From Candidatus Xenobia bacterium (GTDB taxonomy: Bacteria > Vulcanimicrobiota > Xenobia > Xenobiales > QWHO01): a DNA stretch of 64,000 nucleotides. Under the pieces are notes generated by a model. It did not search any database, was not told where the DNA came from, and saw only the letters and a program-made list of their open reading frames with translations. The translations under genes were made by a program, and so were the position numbers. This document shows, one piece after another, positions 47,502-57,032 of the stretch; the stretch's first letter is position 1, and the number at the start of each line of letters is the position of its first letter. The stretch spans positions 63,242 through 127,241 of the forward strand of contig BTUM01000010.1 of assembly GCA_045863235.1 (NCBI GenBank), read 5' to 3'.

Positions 47502-48739
47502 GAGGGCTCCTCCTCTTCCAGATCCTCGCGGGTCAGGCCCAGGAGCTCGAGGGTCAACTTGAGCTGCTGGGGATCGACTCCCGCCCCCGAGAGCTGGCGC
47601 AGACGCATGGTGGGGGCGTGCAGCAACTTGTTGAGCAGGCTTCGCGAAAAGGCCTCCAGCCGCTCGGCCTCCTGCGGGGTGCAACGCTCGAGGTAGCGGG
47701 CCAGCTCTTGCTGACGCAGCTCCTCGAAGCTCTCGCGCAGTGTGCGGATGGCCCCCGAGGCCTTGCGCGAGTCGAGGTCGGTCAGGAAGCCCTGGGCCTC
47801 GCTGCGCACGATCTCGAGCACCTTCTGCACTTCCTTGTGGCGCTGGGCAAGATTCTGGCCCACCACCTCCTGCAGGTCGTCGATATTGTAGAGATAGACG
47901 TTGTCGAGCTCGCCGCAGGCCGGGTCGAAGTCGCGCGGCATGGCGATGTCCACCAGGAACAAAGGACGGTAGCGCCGGGCCCGCATGACCTTGCTCAGCC
48001 GCTCCTGGGTGACCACGTAGTGGGGGGCGCCCGTGGAAGCGATCAGGATGTCCACCTCGGCCAGGGCCCGATCCAGATCCTCGAAGGGCACCGCCTGGCC
48101 GCCGCACTGGCGGGCCAGCTCCTCGGCGCGAGCAGCGGTGCGGTTCGTCACGGTGATCTGTTGCACCCCGGCATCGCCCAGCAGCTTGAGGGTCAGCTCG
48201 GTCATCTTGCCGGCCCCCAGCAGCATCAAGCGCCGGCCTGAGAGATCGCCAAAGATCTTCTTGGCCAGCTCGACGGCGGCCGCGCTGACCGAGGAAGCAC
48301 CCTGACAGATGCGCGTCTGGCTGCGGGCCCGCTTGCCCACCCGCACGGCCCAGGGGAAGAGCCTGTCCAGGGTGGGCCCGGTAGCGGCCGCCTGACGGGC
48401 CGACTCGTAGGCCGAGCGAACCTGTGACAGAATCTGGTTCTCGCCCACCACCATCGAGTCGAGCCCGCTGGAGACCGAAAAGAGGTGCTCGACGGCCTGC
48501 TGGCCTTCGTAGCGATACAAATGCTCTGCCGGAGCCTCGATCAACGAGCCCAGCTCGGCCTGACCCACCGTGTAGACCTCGGTGCGGTTGCAGGTAGACA
48601 GAATAGCGCACTCCCTCACGCCCGGCTGGGCGCGCAGCGTCGCCAACGCCTCCTGGAGGCGCTCTCCGTCAAAGACGACCTTCTCGCGCAGGTCGATGGG
48701 GGCCGTCTTGTGGTTCAAGCCCAGCAAGACCACAGTCAT
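47498..48739 (-). CDS. hemA: Glutamyl-tRNA reductase
   Basis: GLNHKTAP, LSTCNRTE, GLDSMVVGE.QI, GAGKM, DIAMPRD. Confidence 0.96.
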   Translation of the reverse strand: MTVVLLGLNHKTAPIDLREKVVFDGERLQEALATLRAQPGVRECAILSTCNRTEVYTVGQAELGSLIEAPAEHLYRYEGQQAVEHLFSVSSGLDSMVVGENQILSQVRSAYESARQAAATGPTLDRLFPWAVRVGKRARSQTRICQGASSVSAAAVELAKKIFGDLSGRRLMLLGAGKMTELTLKLLGDAGVQQITVTNRTAARAEELARQCGGQAVPFEDLDRALAEVDILIASTGAPHYVVTQERLSKVMRARRYRPLFLVDIAMPRDFDPACGELDNVYLYNIDDLQEVVGQNLAQRHKEVQKVLEIVRSEAQGFLTDLDSRKASGAIRTLRESFEELRQQELARYLERCTPQEAERLEAFSRSLLNKLLHAPTMRLRQLSGAGVDPQQLKLTLELLGLTREDLEEEEPS

Positions 48740-48779
48740 CGCGGGGTACTATCCCATATTGCGAGGGTGGGTTCCTGCT

Positions 48780-50099
48780 TTAAGGCCTGCGAGCCGGCAT
48801 CGGCTCTTCGGGCATCGAGTGGAAAACCAGCGGGACAGGGGTGCTGGGTAGCTTGGGAATGCCGGTTCCCGGTCGGATGCGGGGGGCAAGAGGGTCGTAG
48901 GGCACCCCGGAAAGCTCTGCCTTGAGCTGGCCGAGCTCGGCGTGCAGGTCACGGGTGAGCGACTTGACCGCCCGATGCTCGTCTCCGTTCAGATAAGGCT
49001 CAACTTGCATGGGCGTGCCGAACTTGATGCGAGCCACATCCCGGTGAACAAAGTCTTCCATCATCTGTTGAGCGCAGAACCCTGCTGCCAGGCTGCGCAC
49101 CACCGCGCTCACCGAGCCGGGAGCCATACCGCCGGCAGTGAAGGCGCCTACCAGTCCACCGGCCAGCATCCCAGCCAGGCCTCCACCGACTCCGGCCAGC
49201 TTGGTAGGGAAAGGGTTGAACCACTTCTTCTGGGGCACCAGAGCCCGGGCCACGCTGCCCACGGCAAACGCTCCCGTGAGCGCTCCCGTCACCGCACCCG
49301 TTACGACCTGAGCGCCGGGACCAAGCGTGCTGCCCAACAGCGTGCCAGCAACCAGAGCTCCGGCCACGAGGTAGGTCTTCAGCTCGGCCATCGGTCGAGC
49401 CTGGTGGTCCTTCTGGTAATGAATGCCGATGGGCACGATGCTGTCGGCCTGGCCATGAACGGCAAAGTAGGCCGCCCCGCGCTTGAGGGGGTTGATCTGG
49501 TTGGGATTCTCGGAGATGCCGCCTTCCGGGAAAATGACCAGCGGCGTTCCCTTCTTGACCAGGTCCACGCCGTGCTGGATGGTCGCCCGACTCGGGCTGT
49601 CTCGGTCCACCGGAAAGGCGCCCATGGCGGTGATCAGGGGGCCACCCTTGCCTTTGAACAAGATGATGTTGGCCACGAAGCGATAGTCGCCCTGACCCAG
49701 CACCGCCGCAATGAGGGGCGGGTCGACGACGGTCGGATGGGTGGGGCAGAACAGATTCTTGCCGTCCTTGGGGATGTTCTCCTCGCCCTCCACCTCGATG
49801 CGGAACAGGCTGTTCATCAGGAACCGGTTGACCGGCTTGATCAGTGCCTGGGTCTTGAAGTTCGGGTGGGACAGACCATCGGCCGGGCCGGTGTAGCCTG
49901 GCAGTCTCCTCTGAAACGTGGTAACGGCGTGATTGGCGGCAGCGCTGACGCTATCCATCAGTTCCTGGCCCAGGCCAACCAGCGTTACCTCCTCCTTGGG
50001 AGTGTCCGCCTCGGTCGGCTTGGGACCAGAGTCCTTCTCGGACCCGGTCGCAGCGGCCGGCCATCCAAATACCGTAGTTTGCGGCATCGAGATCTGCAT
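48780..50099 (-). CDS. PlsC-family lysophospholipid acyltransferase with glycine-zipper insertion
   Basis: HPTVVD (HxxxxD), FPVDR, IFPEG; low-complexity N-terminal extension. Confidence 0.8.
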   Translation of the reverse strand: MQISMPQTTVFGWPAAATGSEKDSGPKPTEADTPKEEVTLVGLGQELMDSVSAAANHAVTTFQRRLPGYTGPADGLSHPNFKTQALIKPVNRFLMNSLFRIEVEGEENIPKDGKNLFCPTHPTVVDPPLIAAVLGQGDYRFVANIILFKGKGGPLITAMGAFPVDRDSPSRATIQHGVDLVKKGTPLVIFPEGGISENPNQINPLKRGAAYFAVHGQADSIVPIGIHYQKDHQARPMAELKTYLVAGALVAGTLLGSTLGPGAQVVTGAVTGALTGAFAVGSVARALVPQKKWFNPFPTKLAGVGGGLAGMLAGGLVGAFTAGGMAPGSVSAVVRSLAAGFCAQQMMEDFVHRDVARIKFGTPMQVEPYLNGDEHRAVKSLTRDLHAELGQLKAELSGVPYDPLAPRIRPGTGIPKLPSTPVPLVFHSMPEEPMPARRP

Positions 50100-50128
50100 C
50101 GGGGAAAGCCTACTCCAACCTCATGAAA

Positions 50129-50959
50129 TTAGTCTGAACCCAGGAAGCGCTCCGGATAGTCGGTGATCAGCCCGTGGACCCCCAGCCGCTTGAGCCGTTC
50201 CCCTCGTCCCTCCCCATTGACGCCGTAGGGTACCACCTCCTGGCCCCGTTCGGTGGCCCGGGACACCAGGTGTCGGTCCACCAGCAGCCAGTGCGGCATC
50301 AGGTGGTCGGAGCCCTGATTCAAGCCTTTGCTCTGCAGGTGACGCTTGAACAGATGGAATCCCGCCGCCGCACCAACGACGGCCCCTCCCAGAACGCCAG
50401 CCAGCACGGGCAGCCCGGTCAGGGTCGCGGCCAGTCCGAGACCGACTGCTCCTGCCGCTGCGGCCCAACCGGTCAGCCTGTAGAGCGGTTTGGCCCGCAT
50501 GACCAGCCCGGTGGTGGCCTCGGGGAGCTCCGCCTTCATGCGCTGGAGGAACTGCGGGTCGTCGGCGGTGATGGTCACCTGGCTCTGCATGCCGTGCTGG
50601 CGCACTTTGGCGGCGATGGTCTGCTCCACCCCGAGCTTCTCGGGGCACTTGATCTCCATGTCCACGAACAGTTTCTCGCGAGCGGCGTAGCCCAGGACGT
50701 CATCGGCGGTGGGGATGTCGTGCTGGCTGGCCACCTTCAGGTCTCTGATCTGGTCGAGCGTCAGGTGGTCGATGCGGCCCTCGCCCTCGGTCATCCGGTC
50801 GACGGTGGGGTCGTGCATGACCACCAGATGGTTGTCGGCGGTGGCGTGAAAATCGGTCTCGATGGCGCGCACGCCCTGGCGGACGGCTTCTCGAAAGGCA
50901 GCCATCGTGTTCTCGGGCTGGGGTCGGGCACCGCGGTGCCCGAACAGGCTGGGCAGCAT
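50129..50959 (-). CDS. Glycerophosphodiester phosphodiesterase with hydrophobic insertion
   Basis: GHRGA, PENT, IETD, MHD, MEIK, LITDYP. Confidence 0.88.
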   Translation of the reverse strand: MLPSLFGHRGARPQPENTMAAFREAVRQGVRAIETDFHATADNHLVVMHDPTVDRMTEGEGRIDHLTLDQIRDLKVASQHDIPTADDVLGYAAREKLFVDMEIKCPEKLGVEQTIAAKVRQHGMQSQVTITADDPQFLQRMKAELPEATTGLVMRAKPLYRLTGWAAAAGAVGLGLAATLTGLPVLAGVLGGAVVGAAAGFHLFKRHLQSKGLNQGSDHLMPHWLLVDRHLVSRATERGQEVVPYGVNGEGRGERLKRLGVHGLITDYPERFLGSD

Positions 50960-51027
50960 GGAGAGAGGTTAGCAGGGTCCGCTGAAACGGAGCTTAACGG
51001 GGGGCTTCTGTTGACCGTCTGATCGAG

Positions 51028-52212
51028 TCAAGAGCGGCGCGTGAATGATCCCTGGGAGCGCTCGATCACCTCGTCAAGGAAGACCAGGTTGGCCCGGGCC
51101 ACGCTCTCCGAGATGGGTTTGATCTGGTCGGGCGGTGGCTGGTAGCTGCGCCCGATCTCCAGGGTGTAGCTCAAGATGCCGTTGGCGCAGTGCACTCCGT
51201 CCGAGCTCCCCGAGTTGGCGTAAAGCTCGGCGCTCTGCATGACCCGATAGCCGAGTCCCTCGTTCATCCGCTGACCCAGGTCGTGCAACTGGTCGCGCTC
51301 GGGAGGCGGCTGAAGGGTGTGGCTCCAGGGATACAGGATCATCTCTCCGTAGCCGTGGTGGTCGAGCACGCCGCGAATGTTGCCGCGTCCGAGCTCGAGC
51401 CGAAGCAGCGCCTGCACCTCCGGCTCGGAGTTCCCGCGCGGACCGCGGTAGTGGGGAGAGCCCGGGTCGTCGGAGGTGTGCTCGAAGTCATCGGCCGTAG
51501 AGCAGGGCGTGTCTCCGGCCGGGCGGTAGAGCTCGAGGTCCTGAGGACGGGGGGAAAGATAATTGCGGTTGAGGTCGGTCCCGATGGCCTCGGTGGGCTC
51601 TCCGCAGGCAGTCTCGCCTACCGGGCGGCGGTTCTTCTTCCACCAGTTGTCCTGGCTGCGACTGTATTCATAGCCGTCCGGGTTGACCACGGGCACCACC
51701 CAGATCTCGGCCTGCTCCACGCGACGCTTCATCTCAGGATCGCTGGCGTAGCCCTCCAGCAGCTGGCGAGCCACCTCCAGCGGCGGCTGAGAGGACATCC
51801 ACTCACGCGCGTGGTGAAGGCCCGTCAGCACCACTCCAGGGCGGTCCGAGGTGTCCTGACAGCGCACCCCCTGACTGATCTGCAGAGCCCAGATCTCCCG
51901 GCCCTCGTGGGTCTGGCCCAGGCTGACACGACGGGCCAGGTTTGGGTAGCGACGCTCGAGCGCGGCCAGCTCCTGGGCCACCTCGTCCGAAGAAGGATAG
52001 GAGGAGAGCGCTGGATGAGGAAGCTTCTCGAGATGGAGCTTGAACTCGCCCACCAGGGCCCGAGTGTCACCCCGGGTCAGGTCCAAGCCCTCATGCTGGA
52101 GGTGAGCCAGAACCTCCTGATTGTCGATAAGCCCGTTCTGGTCAGTGTCCAGCGAGCGCGCCTCTTTGAGGCGCTCGGGATGTACGCTCTGATTCGTTCC
52201 CTGGATCTTCAC
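51028..52212 (-). CDS. M14 zinc carboxypeptidase with N-terminal EF-hand-like motif
   Basis: HAREW, NPDG, DLNRN, DHHGY, TLE; DTDQNGLIDNQE. Confidence 0.88.
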   Translation of the reverse strand: MKIQGTNQSVHPERLKEARSLDTDQNGLIDNQEVLAHLQHEGLDLTRGDTRALVGEFKLHLEKLPHPALSSYPSSDEVAQELAALERRYPNLARRVSLGQTHEGREIWALQISQGVRCQDTSDRPGVVLTGLHHAREWMSSQPPLEVARQLLEGYASDPEMKRRVEQAEIWVVPVVNPDGYEYSRSQDNWWKKNRRPVGETACGEPTEAIGTDLNRNYLSPRPQDLELYRPAGDTPCSTADDFEHTSDDPGSPHYRGPRGNSEPEVQALLRLELGRGNIRGVLDHHGYGEMILYPWSHTLQPPPERDQLHDLGQRMNEGLGYRVMQSAELYANSGSSDGVHCANGILSYTLEIGRSYQPPPDQIKPISESVARANLVFLDEVIERSQGSFTRRS

Positions 52213-52330
52213 GACTGCAGTCTAAGCGGGTCCTCCGGGCGAGTTATTGCCAGAAAGCAAACAAGGAAGATCTCCCGGGAGGATGGCGACCGGAGAGTGG
52301 GAAGCCCCCGATTCCCTGGAGGAACTCTCA

Positions 52331-53467
52331 ATGCGAAAAACCCTGCTCACCGCCCTCTCCGTGCTCGCCCTGGCCAGCGCGGCCCCGGCCGCCTGCTGCT
52401 ACTTTGCGGCCCTGGAGAAAGACGTCAACCAGCCCGGCCAGCGAGCCTTCATCACCTGGGATGAATCAGAGAAACGCGAATCGTTCACCGTCCAGCCCAT
52501 GTTCGAGGGTAATGCTCCCGACTTCGGGATGGTCATCCCCACGCCGTCGCGTCCCAAGCTGCAAGAGATGCCGCGCGACTTCTTCAAGGAGCTTGCCGTC
52601 TTCACCATTCTCGAGCCGATGGACATGAGCAAGTTCAAGAGCATGGCTCGTCCCTCCAGCTACGCCGAGGGCGCCAGGCGAGACAAGAGCGCTGCCCGAC
52701 CGGCGGTACGCGTACTCGAGGCCGGCGTGGTGGGCAGCCTGGACTACAAGATCCTGGAGGCAGATCGGGCCGACGCCCTCTATGAGTGGCTCAAGCAAAA
52801 CAAATATTCCTACGCTGGCGACACGGAAACTCTGGCATACTACGTCCAGAAGAAGTGGACCTTCACGGTGATGAAGATTGACCCGCGCCAGATGAAGAAG
52901 CGTCCCGATGGCAGCTTCCTGGGCGAGATCACCCCCACCCGTTTCACCTTCGCGACCCCCCGGCTGATCTATCCGCTGCACATCACCCAGATCAGCGTCA
53001 AGGATACGACCGACGCCCTGTTCTACGTCATGGCCCGGGAGAAGATGGACCTGCCGGGCCAGTGGTCCTATGAGGGAAATTTTCTGGCCCTCTGGGGACA
53101 GGCCATGAGCTTTGCCGTGCCCGAGAAGCTGACCGCCCAGGAGAAAGAATGGATGGCTCGCTTGAGCAAAAAGCCTCCCACCCCCAACCCCAAGGGAGCT
53201 CACCTCGAGTGGTCGGGTCGGCTGACTCAAAAGCGGCTCGATGTCTTGACCGGCAAGGCGCCCTACAACCGCGACGCCCCTCCGGAAGAGGTGAAAAAGC
53301 TCAGCATCCTGCGCGGCCACCTCAAGGAGGGCTACTACCTGACCAAGTTTCGCAAGCAGTTCCACCGTTCGGAGATGACCCAGGACATCCAGTTCGTGAG
53401 CGCGGGCTACCAGGGGGCCAGAGATGATCTCGAGTACGTTCAGATTCTGCCTACTTCTCCTCCTTAG
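52331..53467 (+). CDS. DUF2330-like secreted protein
   Basis: Signal peptide then ACC, F.GNAPDFGMVIPTP, L.EWLKQNKY, IYPL.I. Confidence 0.7.
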   Translation: MRKTLLTALSVLALASAAPAACCYFAALEKDVNQPGQRAFITWDESEKRESFTVQPMFEGNAPDFGMVIPTPSRPKLQEMPRDFFKELAVFTILEPMDMSKFKSMARPSSYAEGARRDKSAARPAVRVLEAGVVGSLDYKILEADRADALYEWLKQNKYSYAGDTETLAYYVQKKWTFTVMKIDPRQMKKRPDGSFLGEITPTRFTFATPRLIYPLHITQISVKDTTDALFYVMAREKMDLPGQWSYEGNFLALWGQAMSFAVPEKLTAQEKEWMARLSKKPPTPNPKGAHLEWSGRLTQKRLDVLTGKAPYNRDAPPEEVKKLSILRGHLKEGYYLTKFRKQFHRSEMTQDIQFVSAGYQGARDDLEYVQILPTSPP

Positions 53468-55244
53468 CCTGAGCCTGGGCCTGTCGGCCCAGACCCCGCC
53501 CTTCGCGAGCGAGCGTCCGGGCGGCGCCGACTCCGACCCGCTGGAGAGCCCGCGCGACCTCAGCGGGCGCTCGGTCAAGACCTGCCGGGTACGAGCGGTT
53601 CACGGCACCGAGTTGCCTGGATCGAGCGGCTGGCTGATGAGAAACGACCCCTGGCTGGCCTACCAGCGGGGGCGCGAGCTGAGCCTGCGGGAGTATTCCC
53701 GGGCCGACGGGGCTTTCGGCGAGGCCGGCAAGCTGCGCGGCAAGACCCAGGACGACGGGGCAACCCTGCTCGGCTCGAGCGACCACGTCAACTCCTGCGC
53801 AGCCTGCCACAACGTGCCCTGGCGCGACATGGGCTCGGGCATCACCATCCAGAAGAACTCCGGGGCCGGGCGCAACACACCCCACCTCTTCGGGGGCGGG
53901 CTGGTGGAGATGGTGGGTCAAGAGATCCGCCGCCAGTTGATGGCCCGCGTGGACCGCAACAGCAATGGCCGGGTGGAGCTCGAGGAGGCCACAGGCCGGG
54001 CCCTGGTCGAGCCGACCCCCGGCCAGGCGCTCGACTTCGGCAGCTTCGCCGACGAGAACGGTGACGGCCGACCCGACCTCAACCCTGTGGTCTACGTGTG
54101 GTATCTCGATCAAGATGGCCACCGCATCCCCTGGGCCCGCAACCTGAAAGCAGCCGGGGTGGCCGGATACAACTTCGAGGTGCAGGTCTTCGGCTTTGGC
54201 CAGCGCGACCGGGTGGGTCACGGCGGCCTCAGCTCGACCTTGCGGGCGGTCAGCTCCAACGCCTTCGACATTCACTCAGGCCTGCAGGTCCATGATCCGA
54301 CCGCCAATCAAGAGCCACGGCGGGACGGCCTCAGCCGGGTCTCCCTGGCGGGGGCCCAGCAGTACTACACCGGCTTCACCCGGGACGCGGGCACGGTGCT
54401 CGGACCCGGTGGCATCAGCCTGGACGATCCTGACCGCGATGGCGTGCTCGAAGAGATCTCCGAGGGCGACATGGACCTGCTCGAGTTCTTCCTGCTCAAC
54501 CACCCGGCCCCGACCCAGACCCGAGGGGCGCGGTTCGAGCGGGGCCGCAAGCTCTTTGCCGCCAGCGGCTGCGTGGAGTGTCACGTGAGCGACTGGCGAG
54601 TGCCCCAGGACCGCCGCTTTTTCGACCTGCAGGTGAGCTCAGGTCAGGGCCAGTTGCAGACGACCCGGCCCGGACCACTCCTCATGAAAGGCGTCTTCAG
54701 CGACTTTCGCCACCACGACCTGGGCCCCGAGTTCCACGAAATGCAGTATGACGGCAGCCTGGTCAAGAAATTCCGCACCACTCCGCTCTGGGGCGTGGGC
54801 ACCACCGGCCCGTATGGCCATGACGGGGCCAGCCTGAACCTGGAGGCGGTCATCCGGCGCCATGGAGGGGAAGCGGCATCGGCTCGCGACCGCTATCTGG
54901 CCCTCGAAGAAACCGAGCGCGACGACCTGCTCGCCTTCCTCAACGGCCTGGTGCTCTACAGCACCGAGACGCTGCCCACTGACCTCGATGAGGACGGCCA
55001 GGTCAGCGAGCACTTCATGGTGGCGGGCGTGGATACCGGGCGGGAGGTGTTCAATCCGGAGTGGCTCTTTCGCCTGCCCGGTCGCATCGAGGGCTGGGTG
55101 GAGGTCAACTCCGAGCGCGTGCTGAGCAAGGCCCTGGTCAATTTGCAGGAGGCCTACGGCGAGAAATTGCCGGGACTCAGGGACCTGGATCGAGACGGTT
55201 TTCCGGACTGGTGGCTGCGGCGGCCGGCGCCGAAAGGATCCTGA
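53424..55244 (+). CDS. Di-haem oxidoreductase (DHOR)-like cytochrome c
   Basis: CAACH and CVECH, RNTPHLFG, FSDFRHHDLG, FRTTPLWGVG, HDG, IRRHGGEA; several DxDxDG loops. Confidence 0.8.
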   Translation: MISSTFRFCLLLLLSLSLGLSAQTPPFASERPGGADSDPLESPRDLSGRSVKTCRVRAVHGTELPGSSGWLMRNDPWLAYQRGRELSLREYSRADGAFGEAGKLRGKTQDDGATLLGSSDHVNSCAACHNVPWRDMGSGITIQKNSGAGRNTPHLFGGGLVEMVGQEIRRQLMARVDRNSNGRVELEEATGRALVEPTPGQALDFGSFADENGDGRPDLNPVVYVWYLDQDGHRIPWARNLKAAGVAGYNFEVQVFGFGQRDRVGHGGLSSTLRAVSSNAFDIHSGLQVHDPTANQEPRRDGLSRVSLAGAQQYYTGFTRDAGTVLGPGGISLDDPDRDGVLEEISEGDMDLLEFFLLNHPAPTQTRGARFERGRKLFAASGCVECHVSDWRVPQDRRFFDLQVSSGQGQLQTTRPGPLLMKGVFSDFRHHDLGPEFHEMQYDGSLVKKFRTTPLWGVGTTGPYGHDGASLNLEAVIRRHGGEAASARDRYLALEETERDDLLAFLNGLVLYSTETLPTDLDEDGQVSEHFMVAGVDTGREVFNPEWLFRLPGRIEGWVEVNSERVLSKALVNLQEAYGEKLPGLRDLDRDGFPDWWLRRPAPKGS

Positions 55245-55751
55245 ATGCGCAATCTGATCTGGCTGGTCGGGGTCCTGGTGGTCGTAGCGCTGCTCCTGCC
55301 GCTCTGGCTCGGGCGATCCGAGTCGGCTCCTGGGCCCACGAGAACGGCTTCGCCGGCTCCCTCCCCCTCCGCATCTGCCTCCGTGTCTCCCCTGGACCCG
55401 CCAGCCCATCTCGGGCCGCTCGAGCAGGACCTCTGGCGAGCTCACATGGGGCTCATACCCCAGGACCCGTGGCCCCCGAGCTACTATAACCTGGCCGAAG
55501 CAGGAGGACACACCTATGTCCTCACCGTGGGACAGGCTGGCTTTGGCAGCTTCAAGATGTGGGCGGTCTGGGAGAAGAGCGACCAGGCCTGGGTCAACCG
55601 GGGCCACGTGGTGATCGGGGGAGAAGAAGCACCTTCACCCAGGCCGAACCAGTATAAGGAGCTGGGCCTGGAGGGCCTGTCCTCGGCGGTACAGCAGAGT
55701 CTGCTCAACCGCGAGACCTTTCGGCACATCAGCCCCCTGCCTGACGAATGA
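55245..55751 (+). CDS. Membrane-anchored hypothetical protein
   Basis: N-terminal TM helix, Pro/Ser linker; abuts the upstream stop. Confidence 0.6.
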   Translation: MRNLIWLVGVLVVVALLLPLWLGRSESAPGPTRTASPAPSPSASASVSPLDPPAHLGPLEQDLWRAHMGLIPQDPWPPSYYNLAEAGGHTYVLTVGQAGFGSFKMWAVWEKSDQAWVNRGHVVIGGEEAPSPRPNQYKELGLEGLSSAVQQSLLNRETFRHISPLPDE

Positions 55752-55788
55752 CCCTGTTCGCTAACTCGGTGGAAGGACAACTCCGGGC

Positions 55789-56760
55789 TTGAGCGTCGAC
55801 CCGGTCGGGCTGCTCGATCACCGGCTGCGCTTCGAGGACCTGGCGGCGCTGCCGTCGAGGATGGCCGATGCTTTTCCCGGCCAGTGGACATGGGATCGTG
55901 AGCCATCTCGGCCTCGGCATCCCAGAATCTGGGGTGAGGAAGGCGTTCTCAGCCTTCATGGCCCGAAGGTCTTTCTGGACCTGACTCGGCATACGGCTCT
56001 CCTCTTCATCGCTTACGACTTTCGCTATCTCGAATCACAGCCCGAGCTTCTCCGCTCCACTCGCGAGGGCGTGCGCGAGGTCGGCCGAATCCTGAATGCG
56101 AGCCAGGTCGTCTTCGTTCCCGACAACGCAAGCAAGAGCATGATCGCGGTCAGTTGGTTGTATGAGGGTTGGCGATTGGAAGACATCGTCGTCGCCCTGA
56201 GCCGTGAATTCGGCGTTCCGCGGTCCGATTTCATGGAGCTGATCTTTGTGCGCCCGGACGGAATCTATGAAGTCAGGGACAGTTACTCTCTCGAGGTCCT
56301 CGGGCCCAGTGCCGAGCCGCCTCCCCGGGACTGGCACCCGATCATGGCTCGAGACGGCGTCTTGAAGTCATTCAGTCTGGAATCGCTCGAGTTCATGCCA
56401 AACCAGCAGAACTGGACCGATTTGAAGCTTATGGTCATGAAAGAGCTCTTACCCGGCGTGCCCACGCCGGTCAACTCGACCGGGTATGGCATGCATCTCG
56501 TTCTGCTCGGCACGGAGGCCACGCGCCTTCGGCACGTCCAGCATACTCCGACTTGCACTCGGACCGCCTTCTTCCAGACCCGCTCGCGCTGGCTCGCGCG
56601 GATGCGCGGGCATGATCATCCACGCCTCCGCCATTACAAATTCCATGCGATGAGCCACCGATTCGAGGCACTGGCCTTCGACCACGTGGTCGATTTCAGC
56701 TTCCCAGACGACCCGGGTGGCGGCGGGACAATTACGAAATACCCGAGGCGACCGGATTAA
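55789..56760 (+). CDS. Hypothetical protein
   Basis: 323-aa ORF preceded by GGAAGGA; codon usage looks less GC-biased than neighbours. Confidence 0.55.
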   Translation: MSVDPVGLLDHRLRFEDLAALPSRMADAFPGQWTWDREPSRPRHPRIWGEEGVLSLHGPKVFLDLTRHTALLFIAYDFRYLESQPELLRSTREGVREVGRILNASQVVFVPDNASKSMIAVSWLYEGWRLEDIVVALSREFGVPRSDFMELIFVRPDGIYEVRDSYSLEVLGPSAEPPPRDWHPIMARDGVLKSFSLESLEFMPNQQNWTDLKLMVMKELLPGVPTPVNSTGYGMHLVLLGTEATRLRHVQHTPTCTRTAFFQTRSRWLARMRGHDHPRLRHYKFHAMSHRFEALAFDHVVDFSFPDDPGGGGTITKYPRRPD

Positions 56761-57032
56761 GGCCGCGTCCAGCGGCCAGAATGCCCCGTGCAGGGCATGT
56801 CAGCAACAACCCGGTGTTGCCAAGTCGATTTTGAACAGACAGACAGAGAGAACAGAATCATCGGAGATCTGGGACCTACTCCGAGCCATCCGCCACCGGG
56901 CACGATTGGAGCAGGGCGTCCAGATGGGGCAAATGCTGGACCATCCCAGAGAGCCACAAGACGGCGACGCCACGCATGACCGGCCTTCGGCAGGACCTTC
57001 CCGAGCCCGCTGGGAAGCTTGCTCCCACGCCC

